From positions 1-44,650 of IMG/VR virus record IMGVR_UViG_3300012940_000045: DNA of 44,650 nt; one strand, given 5' to 3'. Position numbers and translations under genes: made by a program. How positions within the stretch are numbered: position 1 is the stretch's first letter; every line of letters starts with the position of its first letter. Below the pieces are notes generated by a model, which saw only the letters and a program-made list of their open reading frames with translations, did no database searches and was not told where the DNA came from. The DNA comes from a virus. Its lineage: Duplodnaviria > Caudoviricetes. Positions 20,238 to 29,955 of this stretch are shown piece after piece.

Positions 20238-20279
20238 CATGCCTATTGCCCCGCTGTACTATTGCTTATCAATTAAGCA

Positions 20280-21248
20280 ATGGCAAAAGAAATTCTCATA
20301 TACAGCCCTATCTACTCTTACACATCTGAGGCAATAATTACCAAGATGGAGGAGAGCAGTGATGAGGATATTGTTATCAGACTTAATTCGCCAGGGGGAG
20401 AAGTTTATTCGGCGTATGGTGTTATTGCCAAGTTCCTGGAGCATAGCAATGGCAAGGTTATAAAGGCTGACGGTCGCGCAGATTCCGGCGCTGCTTTTCT
20501 TTTATGCTATAGTCCATATAATGAGTGCCTGGACGTAAGCACATTCCTTTTCCATCGTGCCGCCTACCCTTCATATATAGAAAGCGATCCATCAGAAATG
20601 AATAACGGTCTGCTGGAATCACTAAAGAAGATAAACAAGGATCTGCGGGCAGCAATGGAAGGGAAGTTTACAGCTAAGCTGTGGAAAGAGGTGACTGGCG
20701 TTTCCCTGGATGATCTTTTTTCCCTTGAACAGCGAATAGATGTCCAGATCAATGCGCAGCAGGCTAAAAAATTAGGCCTGATAAATAAGATCAACAAGAT
20801 AACCCCGGAGAAAAAAGCCCAGATAGATGCCATGGCTTTCCAGATTGCAGCAAGGGCAGAAGTTGATGCCCAAGATACTCAAACAGTTCAATCAAAAATA
20901 AATAATAAAATGACGTTACAGGAATTTAAAGCGCAGCACCCAGATGTGTATGCACAGGCTTTTAAAGAAGGCCAGGATGATGAGCGCGACCGTGTAAGCG
21001 CTTTTATGGCGTATGCCCACATTGACCTTGACGGTGTAAAGGCGGAGATAGAAGCAGGCAATAAAATGAATCAAAAATTCATGGCCGAATATAGCCTGAA
21101 AGCTATTTCGGCAACACAGAAAGCTGCCATCACCGCTGATACCGCACAGGTTGTTGTAACAGGTTCTGATCCTGGTACACAGGTTAACCAGGCTGCTGAA
21201 GCGTTTGAGGCGAGTGTTCGCAAAAAATTAAACCTGTCAGCAGCGTAA
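20280..21248 (+). CDS. ClpP-type prohead protease with C-terminal scaffold
   Basis: IRLNSPGGEV, DGRADSGAA and FLFH motifs. Confidence 0.88.
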   Translation: MAKEILIYSPIYSYTSEAIITKMEESSDEDIVIRLNSPGGEVYSAYGVIAKFLEHSNGKVIKADGRADSGAAFLLCYSPYNECLDVSTFLFHRAAYPSYIESDPSEMNNGLLESLKKINKDLRAAMEGKFTAKLWKEVTGVSLDDLFSLEQRIDVQINAQQAKKLGLINKINKITPEKKAQIDAMAFQIAARAEVDAQDTQTVQSKINNKMTLQEFKAQHPDVYAQAFKEGQDDERDRVSAFMAYAHIDLDGVKAEIEAGNKMNQKFMAEYSLKAISATQKAAITADTAQVVVTGSDPGTQVNQAAEAFEASVRKKLNLSAA

Positions 21249-21285
21249 AGGCAAACAGATATTAAAAAAAATAAAACAAAAAGAG

Positions 21286-21699
21286 ATGTCAGGAATATTA
21301 AGGACCGACTATAATACAGCAAAGCTGTTCGTCAGGAATAACCGCTTTTCTAAGGCAAGCTATACCAATGGCACAGGCTCACCGGTAACCCTTCAGAAGG
21401 GCCGGATTTTGGGTCGCATAACTACCGGCGGTAAGGTTACGCCACAGCTATCCACTGCAACAGATGGCAGTCAACAGCCTATTGGCGTGTGCGCCGATGA
21501 TTATACAGTTGCAGCAGGCGATACGCTGGAAATTACATATTGCGATGGTGGAGATGTAGACCAAAACCTACTTCTTTTCAGTGGAGCAGAGACGCTCGCC
21601 ACTGTGATAACTGATGATGTATCCATTGGCGATGCGCTTGCACGTAATACACATATCAAGGTGGTTCCTACAAAGGATCTGACAGGGTATGACAATTAA
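21286..21699 (+). CDS. Head decoration protein (lambda gpD-like)
   Basis: KGRILGRIT and DGSQQPIGV motifs; between protease and capsid. Confidence 0.8.
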   Translation: MSGILRTDYNTAKLFVRNNRFSKASYTNGTGSPVTLQKGRILGRITTGGKVTPQLSTATDGSQQPIGVCADDYTVAAGDTLEITYCDGGDVDQNLLLFSGAETLATVITDDVSIGDALARNTHIKVVPTKDLTGYDN

Positions 21700-21738
21700 T
21701 GTTTAACCGGTAATAAAAAGTAAGAAAATAATATAGCT

Positions 21739-22788
21739 ATGGCAACTATACCAGCTACGGAGGCTCGGAGCCTTTTCACAAAGATGATGGTGGACGTATA
21801 TACTGAACGTCCCAAAGTGTTCAATTTTCTGCGTTCATTCTTTCCTACTGTTGAGGAGACAACGAAGTATCTGTCTATTGCCGTTCGTCGCGGCAGTGAA
21901 ATGGTTGCCGTAGACGTAACCCGCGGCTCAGAAGGTAATCGTAACAGCTTTGGTAAAAGTACGGAAAAGGTTATTGAACCGCCCTACTACAGGGAATATT
22001 TTGACGCGACAGAGTTAGACATCTATGACCGGATGTTTGGTGATGTATCTGAGATCAGCGAGGCAACTTTTATCACATTCATGCAGGATGTTTCTGAAAA
22101 GCTCCTAATGCTGGTAGATAAGATCGAGCGGGCATATGAGCTGCAGTGTGCGCAGGTATTGGAAACAGGTATTGTTACCGTTGCAGACGGTACAAATATC
22201 AACTTTTTACGCAAAGCTGGCAGCCTGGTAGATAATACCGGCACTGCGTGGACTGGAGCGAACAGCCCATATACGCACTTTGAAGCAGCAGGTAATTTTC
22301 TGCGCCAGGTCGGTAAAGCTCAGGGTGGTACCCTGAATGCAATACTTGGATCAACTGCTTTAAATGCATTCCTTGATAACTCTGTTGTCAAGGCGAGAAA
22401 TGATATTAAAAATATGAAGCTGGATGATGTAAGAGCGCCGCAACGCGACAGCTTGGGTGCGACTTTGCACGGCCAGATTTCTGCCGGCTCATACCTCGTC
22501 AATCTGTGGGCTTATCCTGAGTTTTACGACAATGCAAGCGGTGTATCAACCCCATATATCAATCCCAAAAAAGTAATTGTGCTGCCAGAGGTTCCTAAGT
22601 TCAAACTCGGATTTGCTGCGGTTCCCCAGTTGCTGAAGGCTGAAAGCCCCCGCATAATCAAAGGAGCTTATGTATTCGGCGATTATCCAGACGAACGTTT
22701 GCATGCTCACATTTTTGATGTAAGAAGCGCAGGCGTGGCAATACCTACGGCGGTTGACCAGATTTATACAATGCAGGTAGTTTCATAG
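21739..22788 (+). CDS. Major capsid protein (lambda gpE family)
   Basis: 349 aa; FLRSFFP and IERAYELQCAQVLETG motifs; synteny. Confidence 0.9.
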   Translation: MATIPATEARSLFTKMMVDVYTERPKVFNFLRSFFPTVEETTKYLSIAVRRGSEMVAVDVTRGSEGNRNSFGKSTEKVIEPPYYREYFDATELDIYDRMFGDVSEISEATFITFMQDVSEKLLMLVDKIERAYELQCAQVLETGIVTVADGTNINFLRKAGSLVDNTGTAWTGANSPYTHFEAAGNFLRQVGKAQGGTLNAILGSTALNAFLDNSVVKARNDIKNMKLDDVRAPQRDSLGATLHGQISAGSYLVNLWAYPEFYDNASGVSTPYINPKKVIVLPEVPKFKLGFAAVPQLLKAESPRIIKGAYVFGDYPDERLHAHIFDVRSAGVAIPTAVDQIYTMQVVS

Positions 22789-22813
22789 GTGGTGTTTTTC
22801 TTGGTTCTGAAAT

Positions 22814-22845
22814 GGGCTTGCTGTTTATGCGGCAGGCCTTTTTTT
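22814..22845 (+). terminator. Intrinsic terminator after capsid gene
   Basis: GGCTTGCTG...CGGCAGGCC stem followed by T7. Confidence 0.65.
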
Positions 22846-22869
22846 AAATAACAAAAAATAACAATAACA

Positions 22870-23160
22870 ATGTCAAAACAAAGAAAATTCAGGGTTAAGG
22901 CCCTCAGCGTAGCTGGTATGTCAAACAGGATATTCCACCTCAACAATATCGTTAATGAGGATGCCTTTGAGGAAGGCCATGCAGATATACTCGTAAAGGA
23001 TGGTTTTCTGGAGGAATGCAAAGAAGATACCGAAACCATCAAACTAACTGAGGACAATCTGAACGAAAATCCGGATTTGGGCCTGCAGGGGTTAAAGGTT
23101 GGGGATGAGATTCAGATACCCAAACAAAAGGGAACGGAGAAAAAGGCAACAAGCAAATGA
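22870..23160 (+). CDS. Small head-associated protein
   Basis: 96-aa ORF after capsid gene (gpFI-like position). Confidence 0.55.
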   Translation: MSKQRKFRVKALSVAGMSNRIFHLNNIVNEDAFEEGHADILVKDGFLEECKEDTETIKLTEDNLNENPDLGLQGLKVGDEIQIPKQKGTEKKATSK

Positions 23161-23522
23161 GCCTCATAGAAAAAATACAAAGGGACGCGCGGAGATTCGT
23201 ATCAAACGGCAATAACTTTGCCGTCCCTATTACTTTTTCCAACGGCACACTTTCAGTTACGGTCAACGGTACAGTTAAACGCCATCATACCCATTATAAT
23301 GATATGGGTGTTGCAGTAAGTTCTTCCGAGGCATCATGCACAGTACATGAAAAGGACCTAATAGCGGCCGGCTACATAATCCGGGATGGCAATGGCCGTG
23401 TGTCAATGGCTAATAACTATGCCTCCTGGCAAGACAGCAACGGAACGCTGATCAGATACAAAATTACCCAATGGTTCCCTGATGATCTGCTTGGTCTGAT
23501 TGTCTGTATTTTATCCCTATAG
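23157..23522 (+). CDS. Head closure / adaptor protein (gpFII-like)
   Basis: 121 aa, beta-rich, synteny. Confidence 0.55.
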   Translation: MSLIEKIQRDARRFVSNGNNFAVPITFSNGTLSVTVNGTVKRHHTHYNDMGVAVSSSEASCTVHEKDLIAAGYIIRDGNGRVSMANNYASWQDSNGTLIRYKITQWFPDDLLGLIVCILSL

Positions 23523-23524
23523 AA

Positions 23525-24136
23525 ATGGCAAAAATTCCCATTCCCATAACACCCCAAAAGTTTGAGATAATCCGGGATCGGATAGGCTCAATATTGAAAT
23601 TGGAGCTGGCAAACCAGGCTATTTTGTTGTCTGATGGAAAACTGAATCCGTCTGTCTGGAATAGCCGGTTTATTCCGCTTGATAGCACTGAACTACCTGC
23701 CGTTAATGTTACATTTTTTCAGGGTGATTATTCAAATAAAGACCAACTTTCAGTTGACGGAGCTTACGTTTACACTATAGATATATATGCAAACAGTGTA
23801 TCCCCCGATGATAGTCTGGGAGATCATGTATCAGCAAGCCTGTGTAATAGAATAGCAGGATTATGCCGGGCTATTCTGGAAAATCCGCAATATAAAACGT
23901 TGGATTTTGCACCTCCATTTTTAGAAACGCTGGGAATCAGGCGCATCCAATCTTCCGATTCAATTGAATCTATAAAGAACCAAAATATTGATAATCTGAC
24001 CATGTTACGTCTTGAATTTGCAGTACGTGCGAATGAAGATGTAACCGGTATAAATGCCCCAATGATTTCCGGAATGATCACCGGGATTAAGCTTGAACTA
24101 ACCAATAAAGGCTATAAATACGAACTAGAAGCATAA
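23525..24136 (+). CDS. Neck / tail terminator-like protein
   Basis: IIRDRIGSIL and ELPAVNV motifs, synteny. Confidence 0.6.
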   Translation: MAKIPIPITPQKFEIIRDRIGSILKLELANQAILLSDGKLNPSVWNSRFIPLDSTELPAVNVTFFQGDYSNKDQLSVDGAYVYTIDIYANSVSPDDSLGDHVSASLCNRIAGLCRAILENPQYKTLDFAPPFLETLGIRRIQSSDSIESIKNQNIDNLTMLRLEFAVRANEDVTGINAPMISGMITGIKLELTNKGYKYELEA

Positions 24137-24140
24137 GCAC

Positions 24141-24314
24141 ATGGCAAAGACGTACGAACAGGTAACGCAAGAAATTAATCAAAATATTAGGATGAAGCAG
24201 CTACCTAATAGTATCGATCCTATTGTAGTGGCTAATTCAATGCAGGATATTACTGACTACGCTAAAGATGTCCAGATTTATCCTCAATTTTCTAATCTGG
24301 TTTTTTCTATATAA
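24141..24314 (+). CDS. 57-aa ORF absent from the ORF track (MAKTYEQV...NLVFSI)
   Basis: Translated by hand; fills the gap and overlaps the next gene by TAATG. Confidence 0.7.
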   Translation: MAKTYEQVTQEINQNIRMKQLPNSIDPIVVANSMQDITDYAKDVQIYPQFSNLVFSI

Positions 24315-26194
24315 TGGCAAACACTAACAGCTACATACGAGTAGGTGACACATTAACCAATATCCTGAGCAGCCAAACCGGTGCAAACTTATCATATAAT
24401 AAGGTGACCATTTGGAAAGATGGTACAGCAATGGATGATAGTAAATGCGATGGCGTTATATATCGGAAATTAGGTACAGAGTATTTCCGCATGAACGGCA
24501 ACATTCTTTCCGTTCGGGATTTCGGCGCCAAGGGGGATGGAGTTACGGATGATACCGCAGCTTTTCAGGCTTGCTTCGGTGCGGTGTATCAGAAAGTTAA
24601 TTCCGATCTTGGTGGCAATCAGCTGCGTGTTATTGCAGATATAGTGGATATCCCTTATACACCATTCGGTTATAAAGTAAGTGGCGCAATAACTTTTTAT
24701 TCCGGCTTAACTGTAAACGGTAATGGCTCTCTTGTATTCCTGGCTGATGGTGCAAACGTAGATGTTCTTTTCAAGCAGCGGCTTGATTATCCCGTTACGC
24801 AGTTCAATCAGGGGTCAGTTCGCATGTTCAATCTGAATGTTGACGGAAAATTTCGTGCCAATAAATTAATGACGCTAACCCGTACCAACGGCAGCGCTTT
24901 GACCGACTGCTTTGCAAAGAACTTTAAACAGGAAGGAATTACCCTATATGATGCGCAATTCTGCGTATTCACTAATGTACATGTCTTTAATTGCCCGATC
25001 CCTTTACATATCACTAACAACGCAGCAGATAAAGCAGCAGACAATGCTGCTGGTGGATCAATGGGCCAGGCTTTCCCGTCCCTGGAAAATAGGTTCATTG
25101 GATGTATGTTTAAGGTGGTGCAATTCGGGGTTGATTCGGGTATTGACTGGATTGACAATACAGCCAATTATCCTGAGCTTTCATGTGTCCGGATCAGTGA
25201 TAATGCGTCTAATAATACCTTTATTGGATGTTCCTTTGACAATGCAGCTAATTGGGGAAATGTAGCGTCTAACAATGCCAATGACACAACGTTTATCCGT
25301 GCAGGTGTTCATTTGCATTTTGTCAATCCTTCTTACACGAAAAATACCTTTATTGACTGTAAGGCTGAACGTAACTACATTGACTATCTTACTACCGGGG
25401 ATACCGTGTCAGATAGGAATATTGTTAACATATCAAATCATTCCTCAGTTTTAGTAAGCAATGCGCCAACGCCCCCGTTAGCGGCTGTTGTAGCACTTGC
25501 TGGCACTGCACATGTTGACAAATTAAACATTCGGGTTGGTACTGATGCGATCCCATATGAAAATGATAACTGGGGGTTGACATCTCCGGTAAAATACCTT
25601 CGTACTGCTGCTAAAGCTGTTGTAACCTTTCCAATGGCATATAATTTATCTCTAATTAATGGTGCCTGGGTTGAGGAGTGCGGGACTGGTGTTTATCTCA
25701 ATGCCCCCAGCATAGCAGATACTCCGAGAGCTATGCTCATGGTTTCGGAAGGGAATCGTTATAAAGCCTACGGCTTAGAGGATACAAAAGCACTTCAAGT
25801 CGGTATATCTGCATTGACACTTAGCTCTCTTATAGCGACCAATATAACATCTAATGGTGTTATCGTAAGGAATAATGACGGCACACTGACAACCAGATAC
25901 TTCCCCAATGGCATAGAAAGCTCAAACACTAATTTCTATATCCGCCCCTTTGATAATTCCATGTCCAGTGATTTATATTTTGGGGGCTTTTCATCCGGAG
26001 CCTTTGACTGGCGACATGTGTACATATATGGCAGTGGTGATCTGAAGTTTAATGGAAATGATGTCTACCATGCTGGAAACCTTCCTGTGGTCGAATCTCA
26101 ACCTGATAGTACAGCTACAGATATCTCGGGTCTTGTCTCTGACTTTAACTCATTACTGGCTAAACTTAGAACAGCTGGGTATTTATCATCTTAA
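24314..26194 (+). CDS. Beta-helix spike / depolymerase (pectate-lyase-3-like)
   Basis: SVRDFGAKGDGVTDDTAAFQ motif; Asn-rich beta-helix repeats. Confidence 0.8.
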   Translation: MANTNSYIRVGDTLTNILSSQTGANLSYNKVTIWKDGTAMDDSKCDGVIYRKLGTEYFRMNGNILSVRDFGAKGDGVTDDTAAFQACFGAVYQKVNSDLGGNQLRVIADIVDIPYTPFGYKVSGAITFYSGLTVNGNGSLVFLADGANVDVLFKQRLDYPVTQFNQGSVRMFNLNVDGKFRANKLMTLTRTNGSALTDCFAKNFKQEGITLYDAQFCVFTNVHVFNCPIPLHITNNAADKAADNAAGGSMGQAFPSLENRFIGCMFKVVQFGVDSGIDWIDNTANYPELSCVRISDNASNNTFIGCSFDNAANWGNVASNNANDTTFIRAGVHLHFVNPSYTKNTFIDCKAERNYIDYLTTGDTVSDRNIVNISNHSSVLVSNAPTPPLAAVVALAGTAHVDKLNIRVGTDAIPYENDNWGLTSPVKYLRTAAKAVVTFPMAYNLSLINGAWVEECGTGVYLNAPSIADTPRAMLMVSEGNRYKAYGLEDTKALQVGISALTLSSLIATNITSNGVIVRNNDGTLTTRYFPNGIESSNTNFYIRPFDNSMSSDLYFGGFSSGAFDWRHVYIYGSGDLKFNGNDVYHAGNLPVVESQPDSTATDISGLVSDFNSLLAKLRTAGYLSS

Positions 26195-26206
26195 TTATTT
26201 GCAAAT

Positions 26207-26674
26207 ATGAAACTTAAAATATTAAGTGTTTTCAATCCCATATTTGTTTCGCTGGCAGGCATGGGGGCGGTGATAAGCGACGCAACACATAAATATATCT
26301 TCAGCGATACCGAGTATCTGAAATGGCTGGTAGTTGCTGTTACCGTAGATCTGATAACCGGCATAGCAAAAGTATGGGCTAAAGATGGTCATAAGGCAAT
26401 TACCAGCAAGGGTATCCGCATGACGGTTATAAAGTTCATTCAGTATGGATCCTTTCTGATCATTACGCACGTGTTGGCTAATGTTACTGTTGGGGTTAGT
26501 AAAGTTATGCCTTTTGCCTTTGTAAAGGATTGGGCCTATCTGTTGTTGCTTCTGGTAGAGATCAAAAGCGTCTACGAGAATATAATAACTATTGACAACC
26601 GGCTCGACTTCATAAAAGCAATAATAGAACGACTTAACCAGGTCATAAAATCAAAGCCAAATGACAAACAATAA
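26207..26674 (+). CDS. Holin
   Basis: Several TM segments; DLITG, ITSKGIR and EIKSVYEN motifs. Confidence 0.8.
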   Translation: MKLKILSVFNPIFVSLAGMGAVISDATHKYIFSDTEYLKWLVVAVTVDLITGIAKVWAKDGHKAITSKGIRMTVIKFIQYGSFLIITHVLANVTVGVSKVMPFAFVKDWAYLLLLLVEIKSVYENIITIDNRLDFIKAIIERLNQVIKSKPNDKQ

Positions 26675-27185
26675 GCATGCAGAAAGATGGGGATTGATAG
26701 TCCTCGTAATAGTGCTGGTATTATTCGCTATGTCCTTGTGCGGCTGCAGCACCTTAAAGAGAAGTCAGAAACGATTGTTTTACGTGGAACGGGACAACCC
26801 GGAGCTGCTGGCCAAGTATTGCGCCGAGGAGTACCCTGTAAGAGTAGATTCCTTTGTAAAGGAAACATTCAGGGAGGGCGCTACAATTACTAAAGTTGAC
26901 ACCTTTAAGGTAGAATGTGATAGCGCAAATCAGGTGATTTATGTTCCTTATGTAAAGACAATAAGCAAAACTGATACGCTTTACAGGGATCGGACGAGAA
27001 CAAAAGAAAACACAGCAGCTCGGGACACGATGGCCAGGGTGCTGGAAAAGGAGAAGGAAAGCCGGGTAAGCGCAGAATCAAAGGCTGGAACCTGGTTTAA
27101 GATTTCAGTTGGCCTTATTATCGGGATTGTGATACTTATTGCCTTAATATTCCTGTTATTCAGAAATAAAGTATCAATTATATAG
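26661..27185 (+). CDS. Probable unimolecular spanin
   Basis: N-terminal signal with LCGC lipobox and C-terminal TM helix; inside lysis cassette. Confidence 0.65.
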   Translation: MTNNKHAERWGLIVLVIVLVLFAMSLCGCSTLKRSQKRLFYVERDNPELLAKYCAEEYPVRVDSFVKETFREGATITKVDTFKVECDSANQVIYVPYVKTISKTDTLYRDRTRTKENTAARDTMARVLEKEKESRVSAESKAGTWFKISVGLIIGIVILIALIFLLFRNKVSII

Positions 27186-27186
27186 T

Positions 27187-27714
27187 ATGGAAGGATGTAA
27201 AAATATCTCCGCAACCACAGGCCCGCATGTTTCAGCAGAAGGAATTGACCTTATAGCTCACTTTGAGGGGCTGCGACTGGAGGCTTATCCTGACCCGGGT
27301 ACCGGTGGCGCTCCATGGACTATTGGTTACGGAGCTACTTTTTATGAAGATGGATCAAAAGTAAAGCCAGGTGATAAAATAACCATAGAAAGGGCAAAAC
27401 AGCTCCTTGCATACCACTTGCGAAAGTTTGAAGGCAAAGTATTGCAGAAGATAAAAAGGCCGCTAAAACAGCAGGAATTTGACGCTGCGGTATCATTTTG
27501 CTTTAATGCTGGGACAAGTTATAAGTCTGGCGGCAGATGGCGGGATTATGACCTTTGGGCTAAGATCAACAATAATACCCCGGCTGAAGAAATGGTGAGG
27601 TATTGGGAGAATCTCGCAGTTACAGCCGGGGGAAGGAAACTTAATGGGTTAGTAAGACGGAGAAAGGCAGAGGCTCACTTATACACAACAGGAGATATGA
27701 AATTTTTCGGTTAA
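27187..27714 (+). CDS. Endolysin, GH24 lysozyme
   Basis: FEGLRLEAYPD...WTIGYG and GLVRRRKAE motifs. Confidence 0.93.
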   Translation: MEGCKNISATTGPHVSAEGIDLIAHFEGLRLEAYPDPGTGGAPWTIGYGATFYEDGSKVKPGDKITIERAKQLLAYHLRKFEGKVLQKIKRPLKQQEFDAAVSFCFNAGTSYKSGGRWRDYDLWAKINNNTPAEEMVRYWENLAVTAGGRKLNGLVRRRKAEAHLYTTGDMKFFG

Positions 27715-28250
27715 TCTTCAATAGGCAAAGCAAGATCTCTCTCTATAAGTCCATATATATCAAAATGCCATTCGTGGAGCTTTTTAATCATTTCAAGGTC
27801 TGCAAAAGTTTCTCTGTGTGTGCCATGTTCGTAATCTACGTACATATTGAAAGCAATATTTTTTCGGCCGCCATTAGAATCGAACCGGTCAAGTACAAAT
27901 TGACATGTGCTTAAATCTCTACCTTTGATGCCGCACATTAAACGTCTTGTGCTGTGGGCTACAAAATCGAATTTGGGGATTAAATTGCATTTAGTATAAT
28001 AGTTCATATTGGCTAATTCCAAGATCGGCACGAACCTTTGTCCATTATACTCTATCTCCTGGGTTAACTGGCTGAGGGGGTGAACAAGTGGTTTCATATC
28101 AAGACATTGATCAATGGTTCGGGTTTCTATTCCTTGCCCACGGTAATTGTTGAATAGGCCCATTTCAAATATAGTTCCTGTTGAAAACTGGCATTTCAAC
28201 CCATACGGTAGATACGGTGCCAGCTCTTCGAGTGTTATTTTATTGTCCAT
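27711..28250 (-). CDS. Hypothetical phage protein
   Basis: 179-aa ORF; LAPYLPYGLK and HFDIYGLIE motifs. Confidence 0.7.
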   Translation of the reverse strand: MDNKITLEELAPYLPYGLKCQFSTGTIFEMGLFNNYRGQGIETRTIDQCLDMKPLVHPLSQLTQEIEYNGQRFVPILELANMNYYTKCNLIPKFDFVAHSTRRLMCGIKGRDLSTCQFVLDRFDSNGGRKNIAFNMYVDYEHGTHRETFADLEMIKKLHEWHFDIYGLIERDLALPIED

Positions 28251-28256
28251 TGTTAT

Positions 28257-28562
28257 TTATTGTTTAGGAGGGTTAGGTAAGGGTAACCAGTGGGTGATAG
28301 GGCTACACCATCTATTTTCACCATAAAAAAACAATCCCCTTTCTTGGTGAAACAAAATAATTGTTAGCCCTCCTGAATAGAATAAATATTGATTGCCTTC
28401 TTTTGGAAATTCCTCATCAATACTTATCCATTTAGGTTCTGCTGCTTCGTATCCAGCTTCAAATGCAAGTTCTAAATCTGATTGAGTATCATAATAACTC
28501 ATAGTTTGTATATGATACTTTTCAGCGTATTCTTCTGCTAACTGTTCCTTTGTCTTATTCAT
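28257..28562 (-). CDS. DUF551-like protein
   Basis: WISIDEEFP...ITHWLPLPNPP. Confidence 0.75.
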   Translation of the reverse strand: MNKTKEQLAEEYAEKYHIQTMSYYDTQSDLELAFEAGYEAAEPKWISIDEEFPKEGNQYLFYSGGLTIILFHQERGLFFYGENRWCSPITHWLPLPNPPKQ

Positions 28563-28573
28563 TTTATCTCGTA

Positions 28574-28999
28574 TTATTGGTTATTGATAATAGGGGTTAA
28601 TAGTTCAGGGTTGTCGTGAATATTGCCGATACACTTTAAAATATACCCTTCTTTAGAGGTTATATAGTCATGAAGCGGGCAAACTATGCCATCAAAGTCA
28701 ACATCTACGCCCCATGCACCATAGTCTTCAATAATTGGCTTTGTAAGTATTATTTCTCCTTTTAGTATCACCTGTATTATATCACCTTCATACAATTCTT
28801 CTTCTGTTTCTTTGTGTCTTATCCCAGTGTATTGGCCTACTGTTTCGGGAATGACTTCTTCATAAAAATCAAAGCAGTCACCAACATAATAAGCTATTTT
28901 ATCAACGCCTAAACTGCAACCAACACCTTTAAACAAAAGGCCAAAAATCCATTCACCTGTTCGTTTGTACTTTCCGCGAAATTTTATTTCTCTTTTCAT
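28574..28999 (-). CDS. YopX family protein
   Basis: REIKFRG, TVGQYTG and IGNIHDNPELL motifs. Confidence 0.88.
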   Translation of the reverse strand: MKREIKFRGKYKRTGEWIFGLLFKGVGCSLGVDKIAYYVGDCFDFYEEVIPETVGQYTGIRHKETEEELYEGDIIQVILKGEIILTKPIIEDYGAWGVDVDFDGIVCPLHDYITSKEGYILKCIGNIHDNPELLTPIINNQ

Positions 29000-29022
29000 A
29001 CTTCTATGTTTTACTGTAAGGG

Positions 29023-29514
29023 TTAAGTGTTGGGTATTTTCATGAAAGTCATCCAGATGGTGTTCCCTGTTTTCCCTGTGAAGTCACCGAACAAAGGCTT
29101 ATGGGGGAATATTTTTATCAATTCTGATGCTTTGATATTTGCTTCGTTCCACTTGAAAATGAGGGTGCCGAAATCATCCAATACCCGCCAACATTCTGTA
29201 AACCCTTTTGCTATATCTTCTTTCCAGGTTTCTCTGTTCAGAAGCCCATATTTCTTATTGATTACGCTTTTTTCGCTGCCATTATATAGATGCGGTGGGT
29301 CAAATACTATAAGCTTGAATGATTTATCCGGGAATGGCATTTCTCTAAAATCGGCCACTACATCAGGACTAACACACCAATTTGGATTCCAATTATTTGG
29401 GAATGCACCTTTTTCAACTTCTCTTTTATCCATAAATAAAACATTATCGTGCTCCTTCTGATACCAGAACATCCGGCCTCCGCAGCACGCATCTAAAATC
29501 AATTTATCTTCCAT
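29023..29514 (-). CDS. Small SAM-dependent (probably amino-DNA) methyltransferase
   Basis: ILDACCGGRMFW and VFDPPH motifs. Confidence 0.8.
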   Translation of the reverse strand: MEDKLILDACCGGRMFWYQKEHDNVLFMDKREVEKGAFPNNWNPNWCVSPDVVADFREMPFPDKSFKLIVFDPPHLYNGSEKSVINKKYGLLNRETWKEDIAKGFTECWRVLDDFGTLIFKWNEANIKASELIKIFPHKPLFGDFTGKTGNTIWMTFMKIPNT

Positions 29515-29517
29515 AAC

Positions 29518-29955
29518 TTACTTTTTATCGGGATTAACTGCGTTAGGGGAATTCCGGTCGTTGTACCATTTTATAAACTCAACCACTGCGTTGTAAACCG
29601 ATTCCATTTTTGTTTTGAATTTTGTAAAAGACATCCAGCCCTCCCAAACATCCATATCTCCAAACAAATCAATAGTGGTTTCATTATAGGAAATTCTGAA
29701 TTGGACATTCGCATTTATAAGTTCAGAAGCACATCCGGGAATATAGTCGGCCTCAATAGTTCCCAAATTCAGGTTTTCTATCTTTTCCACTACAGGCATA
29801 AGCCAATCCCATGATGTATGATGTTCAATAGCGGATTCATGCATTGGATGGGGATATGGTTCTATCCCGTTATACCACTTACCTTCTGGGGTGTCAGCGT
29901 AAAGTGTGGCGCCCATAAATTCGACAATCAGCTTATTAGCATCAAGCGTTTTCAT
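29518..29955 (-). CDS. Hypothetical phage protein
   Basis: SWDWLMPVVEKIE...AVVEFIKWYN. Confidence 0.7.
   Translation of the reverse strand: MKTLDANKLIVEFMGATLYADTPEGKWYNGIEPYPHPMHESAIEHHTSWDWLMPVVEKIENLNLGTIEADYIPGCASELINANVQFRISYNETTIDLFGDMDVWEGWMSFTKFKTKMESVYNAVVEFIKWYNDRNSPNAVNPDKK

Noticed and set aside
29027-29461. 144-aa plus-strand ORF
   Set aside because: Antisense shadow of the methyltransferase
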